Of a stretch of DNA of 64,000 nt, positions 36,400 to 50,900 are shown in pieces. How positions within the stretch are numbered: position 1 is the first letter of the stretch; each line of letters begins with the position of its first letter. The notes below the pieces were generated by a model. That model worked only from the letters and a program-made list of their open reading frames with translations, was not told where the DNA came from and did not search any database. Position numbers and translations under genes: made by a program. The DNA comes from Squalus acanthias (taxonomy: Eukaryota): positions 138,820,001 through 138,884,000 of the forward strand of contig CM059431.1 in assembly GCA_030390025.1 (NCBI GenBank), given 5' to 3'.

Positions 36400-37765
36400 A
36401 AGTTCAGTAAAATAAAGAGATTTGCAACAGGCTCCGAGTCCCTCCCAGCTGTTGGTGATTTCAGTAGTTAGTTATTACATCAAGAATGGCAATTCGTTTC
36501 CTCCGATCTGTGAGAAAGGTGCTTTCAGGCCTGACACCGCTTTCCGTCTAAAACATTCCTGAAGTCTGTTTCTCTTTAAATGGAGCAGCTTCTCCGATTG
36601 TGAATTCAGCCGGATTGACAATATCCACCTCATTAACATGAACATTTTCCCATCAAAAACAAAAGTCCCTGCTCCATTCTCCCACCTAATTCACCAGCTT
36701 TTCCAACTGGCTGAAACTGACATTTCTCGGTTATATAGCAATTCATTATTATTATTCAGTGGGGTCAAGCTTATCTCCGAAGTTTGTCCTATCCCGTGAT
36801 TGGATCGCCATTAGACCGGCCTCAGGTCACCAGAGGCTGATTTATCAGCTGCTCGGCAGAGAGTGATAATCGCCCAGTGCGAATGTGTTCACCCTTTCAT
36901 GAACTCCACTAAGTGTTCGGTCTCAACTGGTGGTTCCACCTTTGATCAGTTAAATTAAAATGTACTGGGCACCAAACAGTTCAGTGAGTGATATAATAAA
37001 ACAAATCACACCGAGTTAGAAGGACACAGATTCCTAACTCTTTCTGTCTGAACTGTGAATTCTAACATGGGAAGGAGGCACCGCTGGACGAGGATGGGGG
37101 GAAATTCTCAGAGTTCGTGTTCCTGCTTTCATTCCCGCAATCGCTTTAAAATGTGTCTGTGGGGAGACTGGTGGAGACCAGGAGTGGGTTTAGCCCCGAA
37201 ATCCCCGGTGTTAAATGGACTGTCCTCAGTCACAGTCTGAGCCAACAATCACAGAATAGCCGCATCCCCACCGCTGGGGAATATAGCAGACCGCGGGCAA
37301 TAGGTATTAGAGAGGAAGAATAAAGGGAGAAGTTAAAGAATAAAACACAGAAATGAAGCTCAGAAGCTCCATCAACCTTAACCTGATCCCGCAAGGATTT
37401 TCTGTCTTTTTATTTCCGTGTAGATTTTGCAGTTATATCCTTGTTATTTCACTACAACCAATCAGGTAGAAGTTGCTTGTTTAATTTAGCAAGTCACGAA
37501 TATTTAAATTTTATCTGATCCTTGTTCTGTGAGACTCAGAGCTCCGTCCTCTGTGTGAAAGCTGCTCCCTGACCTCAGGGTGGATTTCAACTCAAACATT
37601 CATCATTGGCTTCAGAACAGGGAGCTGCCTTTCTGGTCAAATCAAGTCCAACCGTTTACCACAATTCGCTGTCACTTTAACCGTTAAAGTTAGTTATAAA
37701 TTTTCCTTCAACTCTTCTACCGGGGAAGTGCAGTAAAACAGGTGCATTTGCTAAAAGTCCCGGGG
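36400..37765. repeat. ~1.35-kb unclassified low-copy unit, copy A (direct tandem with copy B)
   Basis: Colinear with copy B: CTGACATTTCTCGGTTAT, CCGGCCTCAGG, GAGTTAGAAGGACACA, GGGTTTAGCCC.GAAATCCCCGGTG, CCGCTGGGGAATAT, TATTTCCGTGTAGATTTTGCA. Confidence 0.9.
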
Positions 37766-40340
37766 CCTTCCTACCTGTTGGTGATTTGAGTAGTTCATTT
37801 GCATATAAATATTACCTGTTGGTAATCTGAATAGTTGCTTTCTATATAAAGATCAGTGATTGGGTTCCTCCTGCCTGTGAGAAAGTTGCTTTCAGCCCTG
37901 AAACCTGCTTCAGTCTTAAATATTCCTGAAGTCAGTTTCTCTCTAAAGGGAGCGGGTCTCTGATTTTCTGTTCAAACAGTTTGATAAAAATCGCCTGATT
38001 AACATAAACTTTTTTTTCCAGCAAATACAGAAGTTCCTGCTCCACTCTCCCCATAATTCACATTCGTTCCTGATTGAGTTAAGCTGACATTTCTCGGTTA
38101 TCCGGCATTTCATTATTATAATTTATCGGGGACAGGTTTTATCTCCGATGTTCCTACGATGCTGTTACTGGTAAGCATTCAGTCCGGCCTCAGGCAACCA
38201 GAGGCTGATTTTCCAGGTGCTCGGCACAGAGCGATAATCGGCCAGTGCGAACGTGTTAACCTTTTACTGAGCTAAACTGTGTGTTCGGTCTGACCTGCTG
38301 GTCCCGCCTTTTTCAGTTAAATAAAACTATACTGGTCACCAAACGGTTTAGAAAATGCAGCAAACAAATTAAAAATTCACATGGAGTTAGAAGGACACAT
38401 TTTCCCAACTCTGGCTGTCTGAAGTGTGAATTCTAAAACAGGGAGGAGACACCTCTGGACCAGGCTCAGGTAAAGCCCCAGAGTTCGAGTTCCTGCTTTC
38501 TGTCCCGCAACTGCTTTAAAATGTGGCTGTGGGGAGACTGTTGGAGATCAAGGATGGGTTTAGCCCTGAAATCCCCGGTGTAAAATGGACTGCCCTCAGT
38601 CACTGTCTGAACCTACACTCGCAAAAGGACCGCATCCCCGCCGCTGGGGAATATATCAGACCGCGGGAAATAGGTTTTACAGAGGAAGAATTAAGGAAGA
38701 AAATAAATAAAACACAGAAATGAGGCTTAGGAGCTACTTTAAGCTTACCTTGATCCCGCAAGCTTTTTCTGTCTCTCTATTTCCGTGTAGATTTTGCAAG
38801 TTATATCCTTATTATTTCACTACAACGAAACAGGTAGAATTTCCTTGTTTGATTTTAGCAAGTCAAATATTGTGAATTTGATCTGCTCCTTGTTATGTGA
38901 GATTCAGAGCTCCGCCCTCTGTGTGAAAGCTGCTGCCAGCCCGCAGGATGGATTTCAACTCGAACATTCTCATTTGCTTCTGAACTGGGAGCGGCCAGTA
39001 CAACCAAATCAAATGGAATAAGGTTGACAATTCGCTGCCACTTCAACTGTGAACAAAGTTAGTGATATATTTTTCTAGGTCCCTTCTTGTTCAAGGGGGG
39101 TTCAGTAAAACAGGCACATGTTTAGAAAGAAATTGTTACATTTTCACCTGGGACACCACGAAACGGCCAATCGATTGACTGATGTTTGCGCTTTTTAGGC
39201 CAGGGTCCAAGAGCCACTGTCTTGTCAGTGAGCTGAGAGGAGGCTGTTTCTGTCCGTGAGGACATCAACCATTTAACCGCCGAATTAAACTATCCCTGAG
39301 CATCAACCGCCTCGGCTACTGGGGGAATGAGTACTGACTTTCCACAGTTACATGTATCATTGCGAATCTGCAGCAGACACACTCGTTACATTGTTAGATA
39401 CTTTAAAGATCAGCCATATGCTGTAATTGTTATGGAGGTTACCTTTTCCTCATTTTCAGGGTGGTTGTCAGACAGGAATAAATATCCCCTTCCCGGGATG
39501 GAAATGTCCGAGAGAAAGCATTTGAAGACAGATTGTGGTGATAATCCGAGGGGCAGATTGCGATCTTTCCCTTTTACTCTCTCATTTCTCCTCTGCTTTT
39601 TTTGACCACGATTAAAGATTCAATCGGGCCCGAAACACAGCCTGTTGCAGGCACCAAACATCCCCCAATATTCATGTTCAAGTGAACTCTCCCGCCACAG
39701 ACCTTCTCTTTCTTGCTTGTTTCAAACTTTCTTTTTTTAAGCGGAGTGTTTTCCATTCCAATAAAATAATATTAAAATGAACAATCCCATCTCATTAAAT
39801 TAACTATTAAATTGACAGTTCCAGTACATTGCAGGTTCGAAGCAGCCGTAGGAAATTAATTGATATGTTTAGAATTATAAAATGATTCGATGTAGCAGTT
39901 ACAGGGAATCCATTTCCTCTGGTGGCAGAATCGAGAACAAAGGGGAAGAATATCACGATCAGAAATAGGCCGTTAAACAGTGAAATCTGGAAGCACCTGT
40001 CACACAAAGCGAGGTGGAACTGTGGAATTCTCTCCTCAGAAAGTATGTGGATTCTGGTTGAAAGGAAGCTTTCAAGACTGATAGCGACATTTTTATTAGG
40101 TAAGGGTATCAAGAGATATTGATCAAAGGCGGGAATGTATAGGTGTGGTACAGATCAGCCATGCTCTGATTGAAATGGCGGAACAGACTCGACGGCCTGA
40201 ATGGCCTCAACTCCTGTCCCTCCATTGAATGATCAGCTGGGTGATAAATTCCAGCATTTGTTACATGTGAAGCTTTATCGGAGTTTCCGAACAATTACTT
40301 CAGCAGCCTTGGGTTTGAAAGTCCCTTTTAGTCGGATGTG
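37766..40340. repeat. Left arm of an inverted duplication (copy B of the 1.35-kb unit plus a ~1.2-kb extension containing a CR1 3' fragment)
   Basis: Its reverse complement matches 41425-43940 throughout, e.g. 39650-39730 with 42030-42110 and 40110-40300 with 41460-41630. Confidence 0.9.
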
Positions 40341-40539
40341 ATTGGCAGTTTTTTTCAGGCTGAGATCCATCTGTTGTGAACTTCAAAGAACTCCAGTGGA
40401 GTAAAGGTCAGATAATCGGTGCCAGAAAATCGAGGTCAATATTGGAAAAATATCGTTTAGAAAAAAAACCACGGACAGTTCCCAACTGTGTCCAATCAGA
40501 ATTAAACAGTGAAGCCCTGGATCACTGAAAGTTTCCTCA

Positions 40540-41395
40540 CATAATGAAGCAGTCCATACGCAACAAGACCTGGACGACGTTCAGGCTTGGGCTGATAATT
40601 GGCAGGTAACATTCATGCCACAAAAGTGTCAGGCAATGACTATCTCCAACAAGCGAGAGACTAACCATCTACCCTTGATATTCAATGGTATTTTCATCGC
40701 CAAATCCCCCACCATCAACATCCTGGGGGGGTCACCATTGACCAGAAACTTAACTGGACCATCCAGATAAATACTGTGGCAACAAGAGCAAGTCAGAGGC
40801 TGGGTATTCTGCGGCGAGTGTCTCAGCTCCTGACTCCCCAAAGACTTTCCACTACCAACAAGGCACAAGTCAGGAGTGTGATGGAATACTCTCCACTTGC
40901 CTGGATGAGTGCAGCTCCATCAACACTGAAGAATCTCGACACCATCCAGGACAAAGCAGCCCGTTTGTTTGTCACCCCATCCACCACCTTAAACATTCAC
41001 TCCCTCCACCACCGGCGTACCTTGGCAGCCGTGTGTACCATCTACAAGATGCAATGCATCAACTCGCCAAGGCTTCTTCTGCAGCACCTCCCAAACCCGC
41101 GACCTCTTCCACCTAGAAGGACAAGGTCAGCAGGCGCATGGGAACACCATCACCTCCAAGTTCCCCTCCTAGTCACCCACCATCCTGACTTAGATGTATA
41201 GCGCCGATACTTCATCGTCGCTGGGTCAAAATCCTGGAACCCCGTCCCTAACAGCACTGTGGGAGTACCTTCACCACACAGACTGCAGCGGTTCAAGAAG
41301 GCGGCTCACCACCACCTTCTCAAGGACAATTGGGGATTGGCAATAAATTCTGGTCTTGCCAGGGACGCCCACATCCCATAATCGAATAAAAAAGA
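40540..41395 (+). mobile_element. LINE family B 3' fragment inserted in the palindrome spacer
   Basis: ATRASQRLGILRRVSQLL...KAQVRSVMEYSPLAWMSAAP...LDTIQDKAARL. Complete tail ending GACGCCCACATCCCATAATCGAATAAAAAAG. Confidence 0.9.
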
Positions 41396-41424
41396 GATCC
41401 ACATCAATGTGGTTGACTCTTAAC

Positions 41425-43940
41425 ATCCCTCTGATATGGCCTTTCAAGCCACTTATGGGCAATTGCCCCGAAACTCCGGTTAAAGTTCACATTCACCAAA
41501 TGCTGGAATTCATCATCCAGCCGATGATTAAATGTCGGAGAACTGGAGGTCATTCAGCCCCTCGAGCCCGTCCCTCCATTTAATTACATTGTGGCTGATC
41601 TGTATCTTAACTCCATCTACCTGCCTTTGATTCATTTCGCTTGAGTCCCTTAACTGATAAAAATCTGTCCATCTGAGTCATGAGAATTTCAATTGAAAGA
41701 GAATCCACAATCTTTGGGAGGAAATTTCATATTTCCTCGAACCTTTGTATGTAAAAGTGCTTCCTGATTTCACGCCTGAACAGCCTACCTCTAATTTTAG
41801 GATTGCCCCCACCCCCCACCCCTGTTCTGGATTCCCCCACCAGATGAAATCTCTCTCTGTATCTACTCTATCGAATCCTTTTATCATTTTAAACAGTTCA
41901 ATGAATGCTCGCCGCCTGCAGCACACCCACCAGTTACCCTCACTGTCCATTTAACAGTGAATTTACTGAGAGAGACTTGTTCATGTGAATGATTTTTTTA
42001 TAATAGAAAACTCTCGACTTAAAGCAACAATAGTTTGATACAGGCAAGAACGACAAAGTGTGTGGCGGGACAGTTCACTTGAAGACGAATACTGGGTGAT
42101 GTTTGGGGCCGCCGCTTCAGGCTGTGCCTCCGGCCCTCGTTAATCCTTAAGAAAACAGAGAGGAAATTAAAGACAAAAAGGAAATTCCTCAATCCTTTCC
42201 TAGGATTTATCCCCACAATCTGTCCTCAAACATCTTCTCTCTTCAGGCATTCCCATCCCAGGAGAGTGGATATTTATTATTGTCTGATAGCCATTCTGAT
42301 AATGAAGAGAATCCAAACTTTATACCGACTACAGCAAAGGAATAATCCTTTCTGTGTCTAACAATGTAACGGGCGTATCTGTTGCAGATTTACAATGATA
42401 AATGTAACTGTGGAAAGTCAGAACTCATTCCCCCAGTAGCTGAGGCGTTTGATGCTCAGGGATAATTTAATTCAGCGATTAAATGGTTACGTACAGAAAC
42501 AGCCTCCCCTCAGCTTAATGACAAGACACTGGCTCTGAGACCCTGGGGTCAAAGCACAAACATCAGGAAATCGATGGGACTTTTAGCAAACCATTTCCCA
42601 GCTGGAAATGTAACAATTTATTTCTAACCATATGTCTGTTTTACTGAACTTCCCTGGAAAACGAAGGGATACAATTTTATAACTAACTTTGTTCACAGGT
42701 GAAGTTGCAGCGAATTGTAAAACCGCTTCGATTTGATTTGGTTATACTGGCCACTCCCTGTTCTGAAGCAAATGAGGAATGTTTGATTTGAAATCCATTC
42801 TGCGGGCGGGCAGCAGCTTTCATACAGAGGGCGGAGCTCTGAGTCTCACAGAACAAGGATCAGATCAAATTCACAATTTGTGACTTGCTCAAATCAAACA
42901 AGGAACTCCTATCTGATTGGTTGCAGTGAAATAACAAGGACATAACTCGCAAAATCTGCACGGAAATAGAGACAGAAAATCCTTGCGGGATCAAGGTAAG
43001 GTTAATGTAGCTTCCGAGCTTCATTTCTGTGTTTTATTCTTCAATTTCTTCCTTCACTCTTCCTCTCTAAAACCTATTGCCCGCGGTCTGATATGTAACC
43101 CAGTGCGGGGATGCAGATATTTTTTGATTGTGGGCTCAGACTGTGATTGAGAGACGTTCCTTTTATACCGGGAGTTTCAGGGCTAAAGCCACTCCTGATC
43201 TCCACCAGTATCCCCACAGACACAGTTTAAAGCGGTTGCGGGACAGAAAGCAGGAACACGAACTCTGGGGATTTGCCCCATTTTGGTCCAGCGGTGCCTC
43301 CTCCCTATTTCAGAATTCACAGTTCAATCAGACAGGGGTGCGAATGTGCTCGATTCTCACTCCTTATGCTTTTATTGTTTACAGTAACGCGCGATGTTTT
43401 CACTCAATGAACCGTTTGGTGCCCAATACTATTTAATTTAACTGACAACGGCGGGGCCCGCAGTTCAGACCGAACACACCGTTCAGCTCAGTAAAGGGTT
43501 AACTCATTGGCACTGACCGATTATCGTTCTGTGCCGAGCATCTGGAAAATCAACCTCTGTTTCCCTGAGGCCGGACTGAACGCGATCCAGCCTCTGGATC
43601 GGAGCAACTTCGGAGATAAAACTTGTTCCCGACTAATTCTAAAAATTAATCACTGTTAACGCGACGATATCCGATTAAATCAGTTAGAAACGGATGCGAA
43701 TTAGGAGGAGAAATGGAGCCGAGATTAGTGTTTTTGGTGAAATAAATTCACGTTAATGAGGCGGTTATTGTCAAACCTGCTGTGTAAACAACAGAGGCCG
43801 CTCACTGTGGAGAGAAACAAACGTCAGGAATGTATTAGTTCGAAACTGACCACCGGGCAGAAATCACCTTTCACACAGAGAGGAGTATCCTGATCGCTCG
43901 ACTTTATATAATCAACCACTCAAATTAACAACAGGTAGAA
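41425..43940. repeat. Right arm of the inverted duplication (inverted copy C of the 1.35-kb unit plus extension)
   Basis: Reverse complement of 37766-40340, e.g. ACTGTGGAAAGTCAG.ACTCATTCCCCCAGTAGC and GCAGCAGCTTTCA.ACAGAGGGCGGAGCTCTGA.TCTCACA. Confidence 0.9.
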
Positions 43941-44227
43941 AGAATCATTAATCCGTATTTAAAATGTAAATGTTGAAATGAATCTTGTGTAACTAATGTC
44001 ATTAATGTGGCGGAAATGCAAGTTGGTGCTGTTGCGTGTTTATTATAATAGTGACAGCCTGACTTAAGCAGCAAATAATTGAATTTTACAATTCTGAAAC
44101 TTGGTTATAAATTAAAGCCGGAAAATAACTTGAATTATATTTTGGAGAAATTACTGACCCGAGACTGAATCACTTTTACATTTCCCCAGTGGGGAAAGGA
44201 AACGACGCTGACTGCGATTTTTTTTGG

Positions 44228-44348
44228 ACGCACGGACTGCAGCGGTTCAAGAAGGCGGCTCACCACCACCTTCTCAAGGACAATTAGGGATGGGCAATGA
44301 ATGCTGGCCATGCCAGCGACGCCCACATCCCATAAACGAATTAAAAAT
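44228..44348 (+). mobile_element. LINE family B extreme 3' end (~120 bp)
   Basis: GGACTGCAGCGGTTCAAGAAGGCGGCTCACCACCACCTTCTCAAGGACAATTAGGGATGGGC...GACGCCCACATCCCATAAACGAATTAAAAA. Confidence 0.88.
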
Positions 44349-44924
44349 AACGTGCGTGGGCACACGCAGCGAGACACACGCATAAGTGGAGTATTACGAC
44401 TGTAAAACAGCAATCAATCTAACACTTGTATATGTATGGTCATTCTTGAAATTAACAGGCCCGAGAGATTCCAAACATAAATGCTGTGCATCACCTCACT
44501 ATATAAAGTTAAATGATTCATGACATTATACATTACGTTACTATTAGCGGTAAATGTCCTCACCTCCTACAGTGCTCATTAGTCAGAAACACCAACCAGG
44601 ACACATCTCTATGAACACACCGATAATGTCACATTCCATAAAGACCAGAGGAATCACACTCAGCTATATATATTGTAAATGCGGATAAATATCATGTTCT
44701 TAAAATACCAGAATTTACAATAAAACTCAAAATCTAAAATATTCAACACAAATCTGTGATTAAAAATAATGCAATACTATCAGACTGTGTAAAACCGAGT
44801 GAAGGATCATTTAATTCATCAATGATCACTCGTTCCATATTTCCATCCAGAATATTCCCGAACACAGTTATAAGGTTGGTTTTGACAAGCAGCTTGTCAG
44901 TAAATCTGAACAATTGTTGCACTT

Positions 44925-47900
44925 GCGAAACCCCAAGCACACCTGGAAAAATCCTGATATGAAATGAATCCATATGTACACCTGGACGGATCATGATGCA
45001 CTGTGAGACGCTAAACACACCTGACAGGATCCTGATACACTGTCAAACCCCATACACACCTGGCAAGATCCTGATCCACTGTGACACCACACACACAGCT
45101 GGCAGGATCCTGGTACACTGTGAAACCTCATAAACACCTGGCAGGATCCTGATACACTGTGAAACCCCATACACACCTGGCAGGATGCAAATATACTGTT
45201 AAACCCCAAATAAACCAGGCAGGATTCTGATACACTGTGAAAACCCGTACATACCTGGCAGGATCCTGGTGCACTGTGAAACCCCATACACACCTGGCAG
45301 GATCCTGAGACACTGCGAAAACCCATACATACTTGGCAGGAACCTGATACACTGTGAATCCCCATACACACCAGGCAGGATCCGGATACACTGTGTATCC
45401 CCATACAAACCTGGCAGGATCCTGGTACACTGTGAAACCTCATAAACACCTGTCAGGATCCTGATACACTGTGAAACCCCATACACACCTGGCAGGATCC
45501 AAATATACTGTTAAACCCCAAATAAACCAGGCAGGATTCTGATACACTGTGAAAACCCGTACATACCTGGCAGGATCCTGGAGCACTGTGAAACCCCATA
45601 CACACCTGGCAGGATCCTGAGACACTGTGAAGCCCCATACACACCAGGCAGGATGCTGATGCACTGTAAAATCCCGAAAACACCTGGCAGGATCCTGGTA
45701 CATTGTGAAACCCCATAAACACCTGGTAGGATCCAGATACACGTTGGAACCGCATAATAACCAGTAAGGATACTGATTCACTTTGATACGCATTGCACAC
45801 CTGGCAGTTTCCTAATTCACTGTGGAACCCCATAAACACCTTGCAGGATTCTGATACACTGTGAAACACCATAAACACTTGGCAGGATCCTGATAGACTT
45901 GAAAAACTATACACACCTGGCAGGATCCTGATAAACTGTGAATCTCCATATACACCTGGCAGGATCCTGAAACACTGTGAAACCCGATACACTCCTGGCA
46001 GGATCCTGATACACTGAGAACACACACACACACCTGGCAGGATCCTGATGCACTGAGAAACCCATACACACCTGGCAGGTGCCTAATACACTATGAAACC
46101 CCATACACACTAGGCATGATCCCGATACACTTTGAAACCCCATACACACCTGGCAGAATCCTGATACACTGTGAAACACCATAAACACCTGGCAGGATCC
46201 TGATATACAGCGAGACGCTTTACACACCTGGCAGGATCCTGATACATTCAGAACCCCAATACACACCTGGTAGGATCCAGATACAATTTGAAACCGCATA
46301 TTAACCTGGAATGATCCTGATTCACTTTGACACGCATTAGACAAATGGCAGGTTCCTGATACACTGTGAAACCCCATAAACACCTGGCAGGATCCTGATA
46401 CACTGGAAAACACCATCAAAGCTTGCCAGGATCCTGATAAACTGTGAATGCCCATACACACCTGGTAGGATTCAGATACACTGTGAAACCCTATACACAC
46501 CTGGCAGAATCATGATACACTGTGAAACACCATAAACACCTGATAGAATCCGGAAACACTGTGAAACACCATACACACCTGGCAGAATCTGGATACATTG
46601 TGAAACACCATAAACACCAGGCAGAATGCTGATACACTGTGAAACCCCATACATACCTGGCAGGATCCTGAAACAGTATGTGAGCCCATTCACACCTGGC
46701 AGGATCCTGATACACTGTGAAATCTCATACACCCTTGAAGGGACCCTGATACACAGAGAAAACCCATAAAAAACGGATAAGATCCTGATACACTGTGAAA
46801 CCCCATCCACACCTGGCAGGATCCTAATAAGCCTTGAAAGCCAATATACACCTAGCAGGATTCTGATGCGCTGTGAAACCCCATACACACCTGTCAGGAC
46901 CTTGAAACACTGTAAATCTTCATACTGGCCTGACAGGTTCCTGTTTCATCGTGAAACCTCTTATATACCTGGCAGGATTCTCATACACTGTGAAACCCCA
47001 TACACAGCTGGCAGTATTCTGATAAATTGTGAACTGCCATAAATTCTTGGCAGGATCCTGATACACTGTGAATCCCCATACACACCTGGCAGGCTCCTGA
47101 TACACTGTGAATCCCCATACACACCTGGCAGGATCCTGATACACTGTGAATCCCCATACACACCTGGCAGGCTCCTGATACACTGTGAAACACCATACAC
47201 ACCTGGCAGGATCCTGATGCACTGTGAAACCTCATACACACCTGGCAGGAACCTGATACATTGTGAATCCCCATACACACCTGGAAGGATCCCGATACAC
47301 TGTGAATCCCGAGACACAACTGGCAGGCTCCTGATACACTGTGAAACACCATACACACCTGGCAGGATCCTGGTGCACTGTGAAACCCATACACACCTGG
47401 CAGGATCCTGATTCACTGTGAACCCGCATACACACGTTGTAGTATCCAGACACACTGTGAAACCGCGTATACAATTAACAGGATCCTGATACACTGTGAG
47501 ACGCATTGCACACCAGGCAGGCTCCTGATACACTGTGAAACACCATACACACCTAGCAGCATCCTGATACACTGTGAAACCTCATACACGCTTGAAGGGA
47601 TCCAGATACACCGAGAAACCCCATACAAACCTGACAGGATCCTGATAGACTATGAGCGCCCATACACACCTGGTAGGATCCAGATACACTATGAAACCCT
47701 ATACACACCTGGCAGAATCCTGATACACTGTGAAACACCAAACACAGCTGGCAGAATCCGGATACACTGTGAAACAACATACACACCTGGCAGAATTCGG
47801 ATGCACTGTGAAACACCATACACACCTGGCAGAATCCGGATACACTGTGAAACACCATACACACCTGGCAGGACGCTGACACACTTTGAAACCCCATACA

Positions 47901-50900
47901 TACCTGGCAGAATCCGGTAACACTGTGAAACACCATAAACAGCTGGCAGAATACGGATACACTGTGAAACACCATGCACACCTGGCAGGATCCTGAAACA
48001 GTGTGTAATTGCATTCACACCTGGCAGGGTCCTGGTACACTGTGAAATCGCATACACCCTTGAAGAGACCCTGATACTCCAAGAAACCCCATAAAAAGCG
48101 GATAAGATCCTGATACACTGTGAAACCCCATCCACACCTGGCAGGATCCTAATAAACCTTGAAAGCCAATATACACCTAGCAGGATTCTGATGCGCTGTG
48201 AAACCCCATACACACCTGTCAGCAAATTGAAAAACACTGTAAATCCTCATACTGGCCTGACAGGTTCCTGTTTCATGGTGAAACCTCTTATGCACCTGGC
48301 AGGATTCTCATACACCGAGAAACCCCATACAAACCTGACAGGATCCTGATAGCCTATGAGCGCCCATACACACCTGGAAGGATCCAGATACATTATGAAA
48401 CCCTATACACACCTGGCAGAATCCTGATACACTGTGAAACGCCATAGAAACCTGGCAGGGTCCTGATACACTGTGAAACCCCATACTCACTTAGCAGGAT
48501 CCTGATGCACTCTGAAACTCCATCCACACCCGACAGGATCCTTATAAATTTTGAAATCCCATGCACACCTGGCAGAATCATGATGCACTGTGCAACCCCA
48601 TACACACCTGTCAGGACCTTGAAACACTGTGAATCCTCACACATGCCTGACAGGTTCCTGTTTCATGGTGAAACCACAGACACACCTCGCAGGATCCTGA
48701 TACATTGTGAGACCCCATTCAAACTTGGCAGTTTCCTGATACACTATCAAACCGAATAAAAACCGGGGAGGATCCTGATACACGGGCTGACCTCAATCAC
48801 ACCTGGCAGGATCCTGATACACCGTGCAAAATCATATACGACTGGAAGGATCCAGATGCACTGTGAAACCCCATACACACCTGGCAGAATGCTGTTACAC
48901 CGTGACACCCCATACACATCTGGAAGGATCCAAATGCACTGTGAAACCGCATAAACACCATGGAAGGACTCTGATAAACTGTTAAAAACAGCATACACAC
49001 CTGGCGGGATTCTGATACACAGTGAAACCGCATACACACCTGGCAGGATCCTGATATAATGTGAATCACCATACACACCTGGCAGGATCCTGATGCAGTG
49101 TGAAACTCATAAACACCTGGCAGGAACCTGAAACACCGTGAAATCCCATACACAGCTGGCAGGATCCTGATAAACTGTGAAACAACATACACACATGGCA
49201 GAATCCTGATAAACTGTGAAACAACATACAGACCTAGCAGAATAAGGATACACTGGGAAACACCATACATAGCTGGCAGGATCCTGATACACTGTGAAAC
49301 ACCACACACAGCTGGCAGAACCCTGATACCCTGTGAAACACCATACACACCTGGCAGGATCCTGGTACACTGTGAAACCTCATAAACACCTGGCAGGATC
49401 CTGATACACTGTGAAACCCCATACACACCTGGCAGGATCCAAATATACTGTTAAACCCCAAATAAACCAGGCAGGATTCTGATACACTGTGAAAACCCGT
49501 ACATACCTGGCAGGATCCTGCAGCACTGTGAAACCCCATACACACCTGCCAGGATCCTGAGACACTGTGAAGCCCCATACACACCAGGCAGGATGCTGAT
49601 GCACTGTAAAATCCCGAAAACACCTGGCAGGATCCTGGTACATTGTGAAACCCCATAAACACCTGGTAGGATCCAGATACACGTTGGAACCGCATAATAA
49701 CCAGTAAGGATACTGATTCACTTTGATACGCATTGCACACCTGGCAGTTTCCTAATTCACTGTGGAACCCCATAAACACCTTGCAGGATTCTGATACACT
49801 GTGAAACACCATAAACACTTGGCAGGATCCTGATAGACTTGAAAAACTATACACACCTGGCAGGATCCTGATAAACTGTGAATCTCCATATACACCTGGC
49901 AGGATCCTGAAACACTGTGAAACCCTATACACTCCTGGCAGGATCCCGATACACTGAGAATACACACACACACCTGGCAGTATCCTGATGCACTGAGAAA
50001 CCCATACACACCTGGCAGGTGCCTAATACACTATGAAACCCCATACACACTAGGCATGATCCCGATACACTTTGAAACCCCATACACACCTGGCAGAATC
50101 CTGATACACTGTGAAACACCATAAACACCTGGCAGGATCCTGATATACAGCGAGACGCTTTACACACCTGGCAGGATCCTGATACATTCAGAACCCCAAT
50201 ACACACCTGGTAAGATCCAGATACACTTTGAAACCGCATATTAACCTGGAATGATCCTGATTCACTTTGACACGCATTAGACAAATGGCAGGTTCCTGAT
50301 ACACTGTGAAACCCCATAAACACCTGGCAGGATCCTGATACACTGGAAAACACCATCAAAGCTTGCCAGGATCCTGATGAACTGTGAATGCCCATACACA
50401 CCTGGTAGGATTCAGATACACTGTGAAACCCTATACACACCTGGCAGAATCATGATACACTGTGAAACACCATAAACACCTGGCAGAATCCGGAAACACT
50501 GTGAAACACCATACACACCTGGCAGAATCTGGATACATTGTGAAACACCATAAACACCAGGCAGAATGCTGATACACTGTGAAACGCCATACATACCTGG
50601 CAGGATCCTGAAACAGTGTGTGAGCCCATTCACACCTGGCAGGATCCTGATACACTGTGAAATCTCATACACCCTTGAAGGGACCCTGATACACAGAGAA
50701 AACCCATAAAAAACGGATAAGATCCTGATACACTGTGAAACCCCATCCACACCTGGCAGGATCCTAATAAACCTTGAAAGCCCAGATACACCTAGCAGGA
50801 TTCTGATGCGCTGTGAAACACCATACACACCTGTCAGGACCTTGAAACACTGTAAATCTTCATACTGGCCTGACAGGTTCCTGTTTCATTGTGAAACCTC

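Noticed and set aside
44743..45018. Short ORFs at the satellite boundary
   Set aside because: They partly consist of degenerate satellite monomers, have no recognisable domain, and have no support beyond length.
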